DNA of 64,000 nt from an uncultured bacterium (GTDB taxonomy: Bacteria > Muiribacteriota > UBA6191): the NCBI GenBank assembly GCA_964503595.1, contig CAZDAM010000002.1, forward strand, positions 9,335 to 73,334, in the 5' to 3' direction. This document shows, one piece after another, positions 45,636 through 55,767 of the stretch (position 1 is its first letter; each line of letters starts with the position of its first letter). Made by a program: the position numbers and the translations under genes. The notes under the pieces are model-generated. The model saw only the letters and a program-made list of their open reading frames with translations, was not told where the DNA came from and searched no databases.

Positions 45636-47380
45636 AACCGAAATTTCTCATTCTCACCCTGCTTGCCACCGGCCTCTGGGCCACGGCTGCGGCATCCTCG
45701 GATACCCTTGGGGAATATCTGAGCATGATTGAGAATTCATCGGATTTCACCGATGCCGAGAAGGACTTCGCCCGCTCCCTGATTTATGAGGCAAACGGGG
45801 ATGATTCGCTTCTGGACATGGTTCTCAAATCCCCTCATGTTCCCGAGCGCTCCAAACAGCTGGCCAAAAATTTTCTGACCACTGGCAAGGAGCCCGATAA
45901 AATCCGCTATCGTGATCCGGCAATGGATCCTGATTTTGAGCTCCGAAGCCCTCCTACCCGATTTCACGGGGATTTGAGCCTGAGGCTTCAGGATATCTAT
46001 ACCCGAAACGATATCTCAGATTACTTCCAGCTGAACAATGCCCACTATTACCGGGGTTTTGAAAGCCGTCTGGAAGGCCAGATCCGCTGGGCTCCCGAAG
46101 TGGAGAATGCCCCAACTTATGGCTATCTTGACTTAAGAGTCAGAACCCGTGATCCGGAAACCGAAATCGTCAACGCCTACATGCACAACCGGGAAAACTG
46201 GTATGCAGCAGGGACATATCTTGAGCCTTATACAACCGAATTCGGCCTGAAAAACACCGAGATCACGGGTTTTGCCGGTCATTTTGAATGGCTTAAGAAG
46301 TGGCGGGTGGATCTCATTGCCGGGGAAACCGTAGAAGATTATGTCACCGGTCTGAATGGACTGGAAACCATGGGATTCTATCTCACCAGGGACATTGGCC
46401 GGGGTGGAGCCGACAGAAGCGGCCTCTCTTACTACTACGCCAATGACGTCCACTACTATGGTCTGACCCAGGATCTCAAGCTTTATGACGGACTTACCCT
46501 GCACGGCGAATACATGCAGCGTGAATCCACAACCAGGGCCAGCAACCGGGGTGGTGCCTGGGAATTCGAACTCGACTATGAAAAAGACAAGGTTCTGTGG
46601 CAGAACGAATACCAGAGGATTACCCCAAATTTCAGTTCAACCCTGAACCCCGAATTCACCTATCTTACCGGTGTTCAGACCGATCGTGTCCAGCAGGAAT
46701 CGAGTTTCACCTATCGTTTCGATCCATGGGTGGCCTCCTCGGCGACCTTCCGCCAGTATAATCTGGATCCGGTTGGCATTCGTCCAGAAATTTCCTTTAC
46801 GGATTACACCTGGACACTTTCGACCCAAAGGCCTGGAAAGCCGATTTACATGGTAGTCCTCAAAGGGAATAACCGTGATGATGGGGCATTTACCGTAGAT
46901 GAAAACAATTTCATCGGCATGGGCAGAACCGTTTTCAAGAACCGGGATCTGATCACCAGCGTGGAGTTCCTAAGAACCGATCATAATGACAAACTTCAGC
47001 CCAGGCTTTCCTATCTTCAGCATGCCATGGGAGTGGAATTTTCCCGTCCCTTCATGAAAAGACTGAAACTGAAGGAAAGAATCCGTTTCATCGACAGTCA
47101 GGTAGAAGACCCCACTTTGAGTCATGAAGCCCTTTCCCATCATCTTCAGGCCCGCTATCAGGTGGATCAGCGCACCACCCTTACGGGAGAGCACCGCTAC
47201 CGCCGGGTTACCTCCACGGCTTTCCCGGACAAATACAAAATCCAGCTCGCCCTGGAAGCCCGCCGCAGAATTGATGAAAACTCTTCGTACTCATTTCGGG
47301 CCGAGTCTTTCAACTATGACGAATTCGGGCGCGGGTACGATGCCCGTCTGTTTCAGGCCGGAATGGACTTTTCATTCTGA
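45632..47380 (+). CDS. Outer-membrane beta-barrel protein (hypothetical, 582 aa)
   Basis: Signal peptide MKPKFLILTLLATGLWATAAA; Tyr-rich alternating strands; C-terminal ...GMDFSF. Confidence 0.5.
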   Translation: MKPKFLILTLLATGLWATAAASSDTLGEYLSMIENSSDFTDAEKDFARSLIYEANGDDSLLDMVLKSPHVPERSKQLAKNFLTTGKEPDKIRYRDPAMDPDFELRSPPTRFHGDLSLRLQDIYTRNDISDYFQLNNAHYYRGFESRLEGQIRWAPEVENAPTYGYLDLRVRTRDPETEIVNAYMHNRENWYAAGTYLEPYTTEFGLKNTEITGFAGHFEWLKKWRVDLIAGETVEDYVTGLNGLETMGFYLTRDIGRGGADRSGLSYYYANDVHYYGLTQDLKLYDGLTLHGEYMQRESTTRASNRGGAWEFELDYEKDKVLWQNEYQRITPNFSSTLNPEFTYLTGVQTDRVQQESSFTYRFDPWVASSATFRQYNLDPVGIRPEISFTDYTWTLSTQRPGKPIYMVVLKGNNRDDGAFTVDENNFIGMGRTVFKNRDLITSVEFLRTDHNDKLQPRLSYLQHAMGVEFSRPFMKRLKLKERIRFIDSQVEDPTLSHEALSHHLQARYQVDQRTTLTGEHRYRRVTSTAFPDKYKIQLALEARRRIDENSSYSFRAESFNYDEFGRGYDARLFQAGMDFSF

Positions 47381-47385
47381 GTCCC

Positions 47386-47763
47386 TCAAGAAGAAGGTGG
47401 CAGCAGTTTTTCCACCGTAAAGATGACATTCCTTAGGGCCAGCGGCTTGGGAATGAGAGCATCCACCCCGATTCTTTCCACAATGGATCCTGCATTGGTC
47501 TGACGCACGTAGATTCCGCCCCCGGAAATCGCCACAATTCTGACTTCGGGTTTTCCTCTGCGAACTTTCCGAATCAATTCAATGCCATCCATATCCGGCG
47601 TGGTGATATCCGTGATCATCAGATCCACCTGATTTTCATTCAGATGGAGCAGGGCTTCACAGCCGTTTTCTGCCTCACTAACAGTATACCCCCTGGACTC
47701 AAGAGTAATTCTCAGCACATGGCGGATCTCACTTAAATCATCCACCACAAGAATATGGGCCAA
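47386..47763 (-). CDS. Single-domain response regulator (CheY-like receiver)
   Basis: ILVVDD...DLMITDITTPDMDGIELIRKVR...KPEVRIVAISG: receiver Asp pocket and phospho-acceptor Asp. Confidence 0.8.
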   Translation of the reverse strand: MAHILVVDDLSEIRHVLRITLESRGYTVSEAENGCEALLHLNENQVDLMITDITTPDMDGIELIRKVRRGKPEVRIVAISGGGIYVRQTNAGSIVERIGVDALIPKPLALRNVIFTVEKLLPPSS

Positions 47764-47802
47764 AACAGACTCCCGATTTCATTCACAGGTTCTACCTGCG
47801 CT

Positions 47803-49155
47803 TTAAATCTCAAGATAGGTCAGATATCCATCCCGAATCAAGACCAGTAAATGATTCCCATCTTTTTGCAGGCCGTCCATACCGGCATAAAAATCTTCGG
47901 CACTCTGAATCGAACGGCGATCCAGCTGAACAACAATATCTCCATTCCTGAGTCCAAGTGTCCAGCCTTTCAGGCCAGGCCGGACCTTTTCGAGCAGAAC
48001 TCCTTCAGTTCCCTGATGCAGGGAAAACTTCTGTATGTCTTCCGGACGAAGAGTCTTTGCTTTCACACCCAAATCTCCGGAAACCGGAATCTCGGCCTTA
48101 ACCTTATGGCCCATTTCTTCAAGTCTGACCATAAGAGTCATTTCTTCGCCTTTTCTAACAATCAGGAGCCGGGCTTCTTCGCCAACCGGAACCTCCTGAA
48201 TCTTCTCAATCAGAATGCTTGGATCTTCAATCAGGGTGCCATTCATTTTCAGAATCACATCACCAGGCTGGAGCCCCGCCCTTTCTGCCGGAGTTTTAGC
48301 CACAACCCGACGAATAACAACCCCGCGGGGAGATTTCAGCCCCAGATAGCGATAGGATTCCTGATCCACCCCGGACATCTCCACCCCAAGCCAGGAGCGC
48401 CTGACTCTTCCGAACTGGGCCAAATCCGAAGTCACCCGACGGGCCAGATTGATCGGAATGGCAAACCCAAGCCCCTGTCCAGCGGCATTGATGGCCGTAT
48501 TGATTCCGATGACCTCGCCCTTCAGATTCAGAAGAGGACCCCCGCTATTTCCAGGATTGATCGAGGCATCGGTCTGAATGAGGTTGGAATAATCCGCATC
48601 TTCATCCGCTGAAAGCTTACGCCCCTTGGCAGAGACAATTCCTACCGTAACCGTTTTGTCCAGACTGAAAGGAGAGCCGATGGCAATCACCCACTGGCCA
48701 ACCCTCAAATCATTACTGTCCCCTAAACGGGCAACTTCAGAAGCATCAAAGCCGGAAAAGTTTCTGTCCTCAATCTTCAGGATGGCAATATCCCGACGGG
48801 GATCGCCACCATGCAGAACTGCCCGGTACTGCCTGCCATCATGCATGTTAATCAGGATTTCATCCGCCCCTTCAATCACATGATGATTGGTCAGAACGAA
48901 TCCATTGGCATCATAGATAAACCCTGAGCCTTCCCCCTTCTGGGGAATGATGTTATTGGGATTCACGTAGTAATAGTCATAATAGCCTGGAACCCTTCTT
49001 ACCGAAGGCATCCTGAGGTTTTTGCGGGAAACAATATTGACTACGGACGGGCCTGCTTCCTCCACAATATTGGCTATCGTATCATCAGCCATCAGGGGTT
49101 TGGCTGCAAGGAGAGAAGAAAACAGCATAAACGGGACCCACAGATTAAGCTTCAT
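47803..49155 (-). CDS. htrA: Periplasmic serine endoprotease DegP/HtrA (trypsin domain + two PDZ)
   Basis: Signal peptide; GSGFIYDANGFVLTNHHVIEGA (His), DASINPGNSGGPLLN (Ser) catalytic motifs; two PDZ-like regions. Confidence 0.9.
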   Translation of the reverse strand: MKLNLWVPFMLFSSLLAAKPLMADDTIANIVEEAGPSVVNIVSRKNLRMPSVRRVPGYYDYYYVNPNNIIPQKGEGSGFIYDANGFVLTNHHVIEGADEILINMHDGRQYRAVLHGGDPRRDIAILKIEDRNFSGFDASEVARLGDSNDLRVGQWVIAIGSPFSLDKTVTVGIVSAKGRKLSADEDADYSNLIQTDASINPGNSGGPLLNLKGEVIGINTAINAAGQGLGFAIPINLARRVTSDLAQFGRVRRSWLGVEMSGVDQESYRYLGLKSPRGVVIRRVVAKTPAERAGLQPGDVILKMNGTLIEDPSILIEKIQEVPVGEEARLLIVRKGEEMTLMVRLEEMGHKVKAEIPVSGDLGVKAKTLRPEDIQKFSLHQGTEGVLLEKVRPGLKGWTLGLRNGDIVVQLDRRSIQSAEDFYAGMDGLQKDGNHLLVLIRDGYLTYLEI

Positions 49156-49185
49156 GGCACGCCTCCGGTTCAGAAACTGTACGAT

Positions 49186-50220
49186 TTACCAGGCCACATG
49201 CTTTCGACCTCTTAGAATATCCCAGATCGCCAAGAGCCAGGCCTGTATCAGATACATACCGCGAGAAGGACCGATGAGTCTAAGAAGGACCAGAAGCGTC
49301 CCAATCAAGAACACTGCCGGGTGGCCCGTCTGAAACGCTATCAGAAATGACAGCAGCAGAAAAACCGGAGACAACCATCTCAGAATCTTACGAAAGATCA
49401 GGGAAAACACTGTATTGAAAGCTCGGGCTTCCAAAAGAATCGGAATATACCGCAGGACGCAGCGGAATCCGCGAATCAGCGTCCGGGTACGCCTTCGGGC
49501 AAGATCACGGTGAGCCAAAGACTCGAAAACCTTGACTTCAGGCAGGGCTATCGAAGGCTTTCCGCGACAAACCAGCTGGAGGCACAGCTCCATATCGGAA
49601 GGGCAGTCTGCCTGCAAGGGCTGAAAGTCAGCAACTCTCAAACACATCAGAGCCCCGGACAGGCCAGCATGAAAACCGCGGGCATTTTCTTCTCTTCTCA
49701 GACGATTTTCCCATTTCATATAACGGATTTCAAAAGCTTCAGCTTCTTCATATTCGACTTCAGCGGCAACGAGTCCAACCTCTTCTCCAAGGGCCCGGGA
49801 AAGTGTCCGCAGATCTTCCGGCTGAAAATGGGTGTCCGCATCTGCCAGAAACAAAAGACCGGCCTGGATTTCACTTTGAGAAGCCATCACGTTGAGCAAG
49901 GCACTTTTGCCCACCCGGACTTCAAAGCAAAAAACCCGGACCCGCTCTGGGCAGGTCAGCCCGGAAAGCCAGCCTTTATCAGAAAAGCCGTCCAGGCCAA
50001 TCTCAAGCCTTATTTCAGGGAATTTCTCCAGAGTCCGATTCCAGACATCAAGCCATTCCTTACGGGGAATTTGATTCAGACAAATACGTAAAACCCCTTC
50101 GGTACGGTCTTCCAGAGCACCCACAAAACCTTTTTTAGGAAAAAGAAGCAGACAGGCGGGATAAAAACACCAGGGCCACAAAGTTAGCAGGATAAGCCCC
50201 AGCCATATCCATTCAGACAT
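49186..50220 (-). CDS. Membrane-anchored family-2 glycosyltransferase-like protein
   Basis: N- and C-terminal TM helices; central LFLADADTHF (DxD-like) region; weak family assignment. Confidence 0.45.
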   Translation of the reverse strand: MSEWIWLGLILLTLWPWCFYPACLLLFPKKGFVGALEDRTEGVLRICLNQIPRKEWLDVWNRTLEKFPEIRLEIGLDGFSDKGWLSGLTCPERVRVFCFEVRVGKSALLNVMASQSEIQAGLLFLADADTHFQPEDLRTLSRALGEEVGLVAAEVEYEEAEAFEIRYMKWENRLRREENARGFHAGLSGALMCLRVADFQPLQADCPSDMELCLQLVCRGKPSIALPEVKVFESLAHRDLARRRTRTLIRGFRCVLRYIPILLEARAFNTVFSLIFRKILRWLSPVFLLLSFLIAFQTGHPAVFLIGTLLVLLRLIGPSRGMYLIQAWLLAIWDILRGRKHVAW

Positions 50221-51031
50221 TCAGGTACTCCAGGCAGGGAGATTTTTCAAGAAACCCGGCCTTCAGAAGTTCCCGGGCAAAAACGGCCAGTCCCAGCCAG
50301 TCTCTGGCTTCCGGAAAATAGTGCAGTTTGCGACCGAGAAAATCGACAAAATCCCGGTAACTCAGATGTCGCGAATCCTTTTCCCAAAGTTCCTTGAGAT
50401 GCATCTGACCCCAGGCTGCCGAGGATGTCAGTGCACTCAGAGCTTTCAGGATTTCCTGTGGGAATTTCTGGTAGGAGTCCTTACGAATCACCCATAGGGC
50501 AAAGACAAAGGGGAGTCCGGTTACAGATTTCCAAAGAGTCGCCAGGTCATGACAGATCACCTGCTCCTCCCCAAGCATGGTCTGGGCATGATCCCCGATC
50601 AAAACTGCGCCGTCATAAGAGGAAAAAATCTGGCTTACGGTCTCGGTCTGCAAATCCTCTTGCTCCTGATAGATAAACTCTGTATCCACACCAAGATGGG
50701 ACAAAAGAAGCTGGGCCAGATGAATCGATGTTTCACTGGCTCCACTGAGAAGAATCCGGCCGCCTGAAATCTCTGAAAGCCGTTTTTTCGTGACCAGAAA
50801 GACCGAACCGGCTTCTTCTCTGGCCGCGATCAGAAGATGGGGCCAGATGAGATACTGATCAGAGTTTCTTAAGGCCTCAAAGGAGGAAACTGCCGAGATA
50901 TCAAGTTCACCGCCAGCAATCGCCCGGTTCAGCCGCGAGGGGACTTCAAACACCAGCAAAGCATTTTCCGGGTGAAAACGGGCATTGGGCACAACGCCAT
51001 TGGTAAACGGAAGCATTCCGATTCTAAGCAT
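50213..51031 (-). CDS. mqnA: MqnA/MqnD-family menaquinone (futalosine pathway) biosynthesis protein
   Basis: MLRIGMLPFTNGVVPNARF...GGELDISAVSSFEAL pattern of MqnA-like periplasmic-binding-fold enzymes. Confidence 0.55.
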   Translation of the reverse strand: MLRIGMLPFTNGVVPNARFHPENALLVFEVPSRLNRAIAGGELDISAVSSFEALRNSDQYLIWPHLLIAAREEAGSVFLVTKKRLSEISGGRILLSGASETSIHLAQLLLSHLGVDTEFIYQEQEDLQTETVSQIFSSYDGAVLIGDHAQTMLGEEQVICHDLATLWKSVTGLPFVFALWVIRKDSYQKFPQEILKALSALTSSAAWGQMHLKELWEKDSRHLSYRDFVDFLGRKLHYFPEARDWLGLAVFARELLKAGFLEKSPCLEYLNV

Positions 51032-51091
51032 AAGGGAATTCTACCACGCCCCAATTCCGACCCGGTGTATTCATGGTGTATCCTTGCCCTC

Positions 51092-53776
51092 ATGAACAAT
51101 TTAGACAAACTCCTGCAAAAACCTCCCCAGGAAATCGTGAGCCAGATCCTGAACGCTCTGGTTCAGGCCGAATGGAATGAAAGACGCCAGACCGCCCTGA
51201 GTCTGGCCCAGATGGGGCCTGAAGGCCTGGATATACTGATGCAGGCTACCGAGAATGCCAAAGAAACCGAACTGGTTCAAACTGGCTGCTTCTGGGCAGA
51301 TTTTGTCTTCTTTCAGCTCAAAAGCGGCCAGGAGGTCTGTAGCCTGCGGCGTATCTACGAAGCCTCGGATGCCAGCATCCGCAAACGGACTCTTGAACGT
51401 CTGATCGATGCCCCGATTCTCTCCGAATCCCAGCCTTTCCTGTATCTAGCTCTGGGGGATGAATCCTGGGATGTGCGGGAACGGGCCTGCCAGGGATTCC
51501 TGAAACTGGGCCGGGAAGTCGTCCCCTTTCTGGAAGAGCGCTTTCAGCACGGAAACTCCCATCAGCGATACTGGACTTTCCGCATTCTCGCCCGCCTGCT
51601 GGGCCCGGAAGCCATCAAGAGCTTTTCCAACTTCTTCAAACTGGATCCAAAAAACGAGGAACTGCAGATTTTTGCCGTCTCCAATCTGGGAGAAATCGAT
51701 GAGCCCCGGATTGTCCGCACCCTGCTCAATTTTTTGCGGACAGAATCCTTTTTCATCCATGAAGAAGTTCACCGAAGCCTGAAAAAACTGGTCCGCACCC
51801 AGTTTGAGGAAATGATTCAGATTCTGGAACAGGAACCGGATGTGCGTACTGCCGAGACTCTCTTCAGGGTTCTGGAATCCGCTCTGAATGACACCATTCT
51901 GGAGCGGGCAAAGACTCTGCTTCAGAGTGAACACTATCCAACCCGCTATATGGCTATCTCCCATCTTGGAACCTACCCCTCCCAGCTCTGTGCCCGCCTC
52001 CTTCTGAAATGCTTTGAAGACCCCAAATGGGGCCTGAGACGCCAGGCCATGGAGAAGCTCTGCCAACTGGGCACCTATGCCATCCCCGCTCTTCTGGAAG
52101 GACTGGAAAGCAAAAGCGGCAATCAGATTTTCTGGTCTTTGAAAAGCCTCATCCAGCTTCGTGAGCCTTCCACCCTTCCGGCAATTGCATCCATCCTGAG
52201 GGAAAGCCCCAGTAAGGAGCACCGCATGATGGCTCTGGAAGCCGCTGCCATCCTTCAAAGTGAGGATTCGCCGGAAGTTCTGCTGGAAGCTTTTGACAAT
52301 TCCATGTGGGAAGTCCGCCAGAAAGCCAGCGAACTTCTGCCCCTCCAGAAATTCCATCCTCTGGTTTCTCTTCTGTCCGGGGCAATCAGTGACAGCAACA
52401 ATATCCGCTTCTGGTCATTGCGAACCCTCGAAAGCATCGGGGCCAAAGGGGCCGAGTCCCTGCTGCATCAAATCCAGACCCAGACCGACAACAACCCCTG
52501 GAACTGCATCCGCCAGCTAAGACTGGCCAATCAGGGAGTCCTGAAGCGAGAACTGGAAAAAAGTCACCCGATTCTTTCCCAGATTGAACTGACCATCCAT
52601 GATGATAAAGCCTCTGCCCCCGCATCTGGTGGACCTCAGCAGATCGTCATTCAGCAGGCTTTGGGAATGGAAAGTCTGTATCACGTCAAACTTCCCGAAG
52701 CTGAAGGCCTGAACGCCTATCCCATCTCCGTCGATGAGATGTTTGAACAGGCCTGCAATCTTTCCGCTTCTGACATCCACCTCAAAATCAGCCATCCTCC
52801 AATCCTCAGGGTTCAGAACAAACTGATCACCATGCGCCACCCTGCCCTGAGTACGGGAAACCTGGTTCTGATTGTGCGTCAGCTTCTCTCTCAGCAACTG
52901 GTCCGCTACCTGGAAACCAATCACCAGGTGGACAGCTCCTACGAGTCCGACAAAGGCCGCCGTCTGCGCCTCAATATCTTCAAAACCCGCCTGGGCTATG
53001 AAATTGCCGGGCGTTTCATTACTGAAAAACTGCCTACGTTTGAATCCCTGAACCTGCCTGTGAACATCATGCAGAAACTGGCCAACATGGAAACAGGACT
53101 GGTCATTCTGACCGGCCCGACCGGTTCCGGCAAGACTTCCACGCTCGCCGCCATGATTCACTACATCAACCTGCTCTATCACAAGCACATCATCTGCATT
53201 GAAGATCCGATTGAGTACATCCATAACTCCAAGCTTTCCTATATTTCACAAAGGGAGATTCTAAGAGATGTTCCTTCCTTCCCCATGGGAATCCGGGCAA
53301 CTCTTCGCGAGGATCCCGATGTGATTCTGGTCGGAGAGCTTCGCGATCAGCAAAGCGTGGAAACAGCCATGACCCTGGCCGGTACCGGTCACCTGGTTCT
53401 GACAACCCTGCATGCGCCGACTTCCACAACCGCCGTCGAACAGCTGATGGACTTTTTTGCCGAGGAACAGCAGGCCCATATCCGAAAGCAGGTTGCCTTC
53501 AACTTGAGAGCCATCATTTCCCAAAGGCTTCTGAGGCATAAAAACGGGAAGGAACGGGTCCCTGCCTGTGAAGTTCTGATTGCAACCCCTGCCGTCAAAA
53601 ACATCATCCGGGATGGAAAAACCGAGCAGCTTCAGACCATGATTGAAACAAGCAAGAAAGAGGGCATGATTGCCCTGGATCAGTCCCTGAAGAACCTTCT
53701 TGATATGGGCAGAGTCACCTTCGAAGAAGCCTGGCCCCACGTCATTGATCAGAAGACATTTCGCGGGGGGAATTAA
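51092..53776 (+). CDS. pilT: Fusion protein: N-terminal ~520-aa HEAT/PBS-lyase repeat region + C-terminal PilT-type type IV pilus retraction ATPase
   Basis: C-terminus GLVILTGPTGSGKTSTLAAMI (Walker A), DVILVGELRD (Walker B/Asp box), His-box TTLHAPTSTTAVEQL, and the PilT-characteristic AIISQRLL; N-terminal repeats (DVRERACQGFLKLG, GLRRQAMEKLCQLG, WEVRQKASELL) are HEAT-like; start placed at ATG 51092, divergent from mqnA. Confidence 0.8.
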   Translation: MNNLDKLLQKPPQEIVSQILNALVQAEWNERRQTALSLAQMGPEGLDILMQATENAKETELVQTGCFWADFVFFQLKSGQEVCSLRRIYEASDASIRKRTLERLIDAPILSESQPFLYLALGDESWDVRERACQGFLKLGREVVPFLEERFQHGNSHQRYWTFRILARLLGPEAIKSFSNFFKLDPKNEELQIFAVSNLGEIDEPRIVRTLLNFLRTESFFIHEEVHRSLKKLVRTQFEEMIQILEQEPDVRTAETLFRVLESALNDTILERAKTLLQSEHYPTRYMAISHLGTYPSQLCARLLLKCFEDPKWGLRRQAMEKLCQLGTYAIPALLEGLESKSGNQIFWSLKSLIQLREPSTLPAIASILRESPSKEHRMMALEAAAILQSEDSPEVLLEAFDNSMWEVRQKASELLPLQKFHPLVSLLSGAISDSNNIRFWSLRTLESIGAKGAESLLHQIQTQTDNNPWNCIRQLRLANQGVLKRELEKSHPILSQIELTIHDDKASAPASGGPQQIVIQQALGMESLYHVKLPEAEGLNAYPISVDEMFEQACNLSASDIHLKISHPPILRVQNKLITMRHPALSTGNLVLIVRQLLSQQLVRYLETNHQVDSSYESDKGRRLRLNIFKTRLGYEIAGRFITEKLPTFESLNLPVNIMQKLANMETGLVILTGPTGSGKTSTLAAMIHYINLLYHKHIICIEDPIEYIHNSKLSYISQREILRDVPSFPMGIRATLREDPDVILVGELRDQQSVETAMTLAGTGHLVLTTLHAPTSTTAVEQLMDFFAEEQQAHIRKQVAFNLRAIISQRLLRHKNGKERVPACEVLIATPAVKNIIRDGKTEQLQTMIETSKKEGMIALDQSLKNLLDMGRVTFEEAWPHVIDQKTFRGGN

Positions 53777-54257
53777 GCCGGGAACTGACAAGATCCCGCG
53801 AGGCCTTCAGGAGAGAATCCGCCACATCGGAGAGCAGATCGCGGCCGCTGGCCCATTCCGGATGCCCAAAAGCCTGGAGCATGACGGAATCCTCTTTCGT
53901 TTCTCCGTTCCGGCAGGCCCGAAGAGTAAAGGTCGCCTCCGCAAAGGATACCTGAAACGGGCCATCCTGACCCATGCGGCCAAAGGCTGTGTCCACTCCA
54001 TTCTGCATGGACTGAAGCCAGACTTTACCCTCTGCCCTGACCCAGGAGCCTAACTCCTTTCCACATGCCGGTGGAGTCTCCACAATCAGAAATACTCCAC
54101 TCTGCCTGGCCCTGCTGTCCAGAACCTCCCGAAACAGGGCTGGCGATTCCATCAGAATTGTCTGGAGTTGAAGTTCTTCTCCCAGCCAGACAGATGACTG
54201 GCGGGCTGAAAGCAGAGAGGTCAGACTAAAAAGCAGAAGAGTTTTTGTAAGTCGCAT
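53742..54257 (-). CDS. Secreted hypothetical protein
   Basis: Signal peptide MRLTKTLLLFSLTSLLSA; 3' end overlaps the convergent pilT-fusion stop by ~35 nt. Confidence 0.35.
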   Translation of the reverse strand: MRLTKTLLLFSLTSLLSARQSSVWLGEELQLQTILMESPALFREVLDSRARQSGVFLIVETPPACGKELGSWVRAEGKVWLQSMQNGVDTAFGRMGQDGPFQVSFAEATFTLRACRNGETKEDSVMLQAFGHPEWASGRDLLSDVADSLLKASRDLVSSRLNSPREMSSDQ

Positions 54258-54307
54258 ACCAGAAATTTCGGTCCCGGCCATGCCCCTCTGTTCCTTTTCA
54301 CCACAAA

Positions 54308-54360
54308 GAAAAAATGCCGGTTGGGCAAGTCTGACAAGACTTGCCCAACCGGCATTTTCT
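54308..54360 (-). terminator. Rho-independent terminator downstream of secG (perfect 16-bp stem GCCGGTTGGGCAAGTC/GACTTGCCCAACCGGC flanked by A/T runs on both sides)
   Basis: Read directly from sequence. Confidence 0.7.
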
Positions 54361-54370
54361 TGGATCTGTC

Positions 54371-54673
54371 TTACTGGGCAGGAGCCTGTACAGGCACCAT
54401 GGGAGCATATTCCGTCCGGTCAACCATGTCTTTGCTCGCCATCAGGGAAAGACTGAAGGATGTCACCATGAAAATCATGACGAGACCGGCCGTAAAACGG
54501 GCAACGGCACCAGCCGCACCTTTTTTACCGAACATGGCACCCCGTCCTCCACTACTGCTTGCCGAGGTTCCAAATGCACCCGAAAGGCCTTCGCCCTCTT
54601 CAGCCTGAAACAAAACGACGACAATCATCAGAATGGAAACGATGAGATGAACAGCAGTGACCAGCGTATACAT
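54371..54673 (-). CDS. secG: Preprotein translocase subunit SecG
   Basis: MYTLVTAVHLIVSILMIVVVLFQ...GLSGAFG...GRGAMFG...FTAGLVMIFMVTSFSL: two TM helices with a Gly-rich loop; start at ATG 54673. Confidence 0.75.
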   Translation of the reverse strand: MYTLVTAVHLIVSILMIVVVLFQAEEGEGLSGAFGTSASSSGGRGAMFGKKGAAGAVARFTAGLVMIFMVTSFSLSLMASKDMVDRTEYAPMVPVQAPAQ

Positions 54674-54792
54674 AAAATTTCTCCCAAATTTTAAGGCAAA
54701 AATTAAAACACAGCGTGCCCACGATTTCAAGAGTTCAAAATCAGGGCTTTTGCATTACTTTTTGTATGAACTTCGACGATAATCATGGTGAT

Positions 54793-55767
54793 ATGGGCAA
54801 AATTCTGGTCTTTTTTCTCTGCATTCCTTTCTGTATTGCTCAAGCAGACCGTCCGGATGCTGCCCAAAAAATGGAACGTATTGAGCAGCGCTGGTTCCAG
54901 CTTCACTGGCAACAGTTCCAGGACAGCCTGCAACTTTGCCGGCATTTCACAGATTTTCTGAAAGCCCGTCAGAAGAATTTGACCATCAGTGAGTCCATGG
55001 CCCGCTTTCAGCAATTCCGGAAACTGAATTCCAGTCATATGGAAAGAGCCGTTCTGAGCCAGAACGGACTCAGAAGCCTGCACACATCCATCACCAATCT
55101 TAGAAAAGAACTCGAACTCCTTTCGGCAAAGGCCTTGAAAACCCGTTATTACCCTATGCTCGCCGAACTCAGGCAAAAGCTTCTCTATCAGGAAGAAACA
55201 TGGCTTTTCCTTCTAAGAGAAATCAATCAGCGTCATCAGACCCTTCTGAGTGAACTGAACCAGAAAATCCAGGATCTGATGACCTCAATACGCACAAGTG
55301 AAGAAGAAAACTGGAAAAGCTCCCGCCAGAATCACCTCCTGATTCAGGAGGGTGAAATCGTGCGCCAGATCCGCCAGATGACTGCCAGTTCAGCGGCCAA
55401 CCTGAAAAAACTCAAGGATTTCTATACCTGGTCTGAAGCGCGCCTGCGCGAACCCAGACTCCAGACTGCAACCCCGCCATTTGGAGTTCTGAAAGCTCTG
55501 GGCCCACGGGAAAAACAGGAATGGCATATAACTCTTTCCCTGCTAAGCGAAAGGATTGAGCAAGTCACCTCAGATCAGAAAATCCGACTGAAAGTTATTG
55601 AAGGACTACTTCAGAGCGAAACCGTACTTGCTGAAGTGAGCCTGCCTCACCTCTCCCTGCACCTCTATACCAACAACAGTCTTCATAAAAAGCCGGATCC
55701 TGATATTCAGGCCAAGAAAACCGCACCCATATCCGAGTCTCAACCCCTTGAAACAGGCTGGCTCTGA
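54793..55767 (+). CDS. Secreted coiled-coil hypothetical protein
   Basis: Start chosen at ATG 54793 (MGKILVFFLCIPFCIAQA signal peptide); Gln/Leu/Glu-rich heptads. Confidence 0.4.
   Translation: MGKILVFFLCIPFCIAQADRPDAAQKMERIEQRWFQLHWQQFQDSLQLCRHFTDFLKARQKNLTISESMARFQQFRKLNSSHMERAVLSQNGLRSLHTSITNLRKELELLSAKALKTRYYPMLAELRQKLLYQEETWLFLLREINQRHQTLLSELNQKIQDLMTSIRTSEEENWKSSRQNHLLIQEGEIVRQIRQMTASSAANLKKLKDFYTWSEARLREPRLQTATPPFGVLKALGPREKQEWHITLSLLSERIEQVTSDQKIRLKVIEGLLQSETVLAEVSLPHLSLHLYTNNSLHKKPDPDIQAKKTAPISESQPLETGWL

Noticed and set aside
47851-48612. 253-aa plus-strand ORF
   Set aside because: Antisense to htrA, whose catalytic triad motifs are clear on the minus strand.
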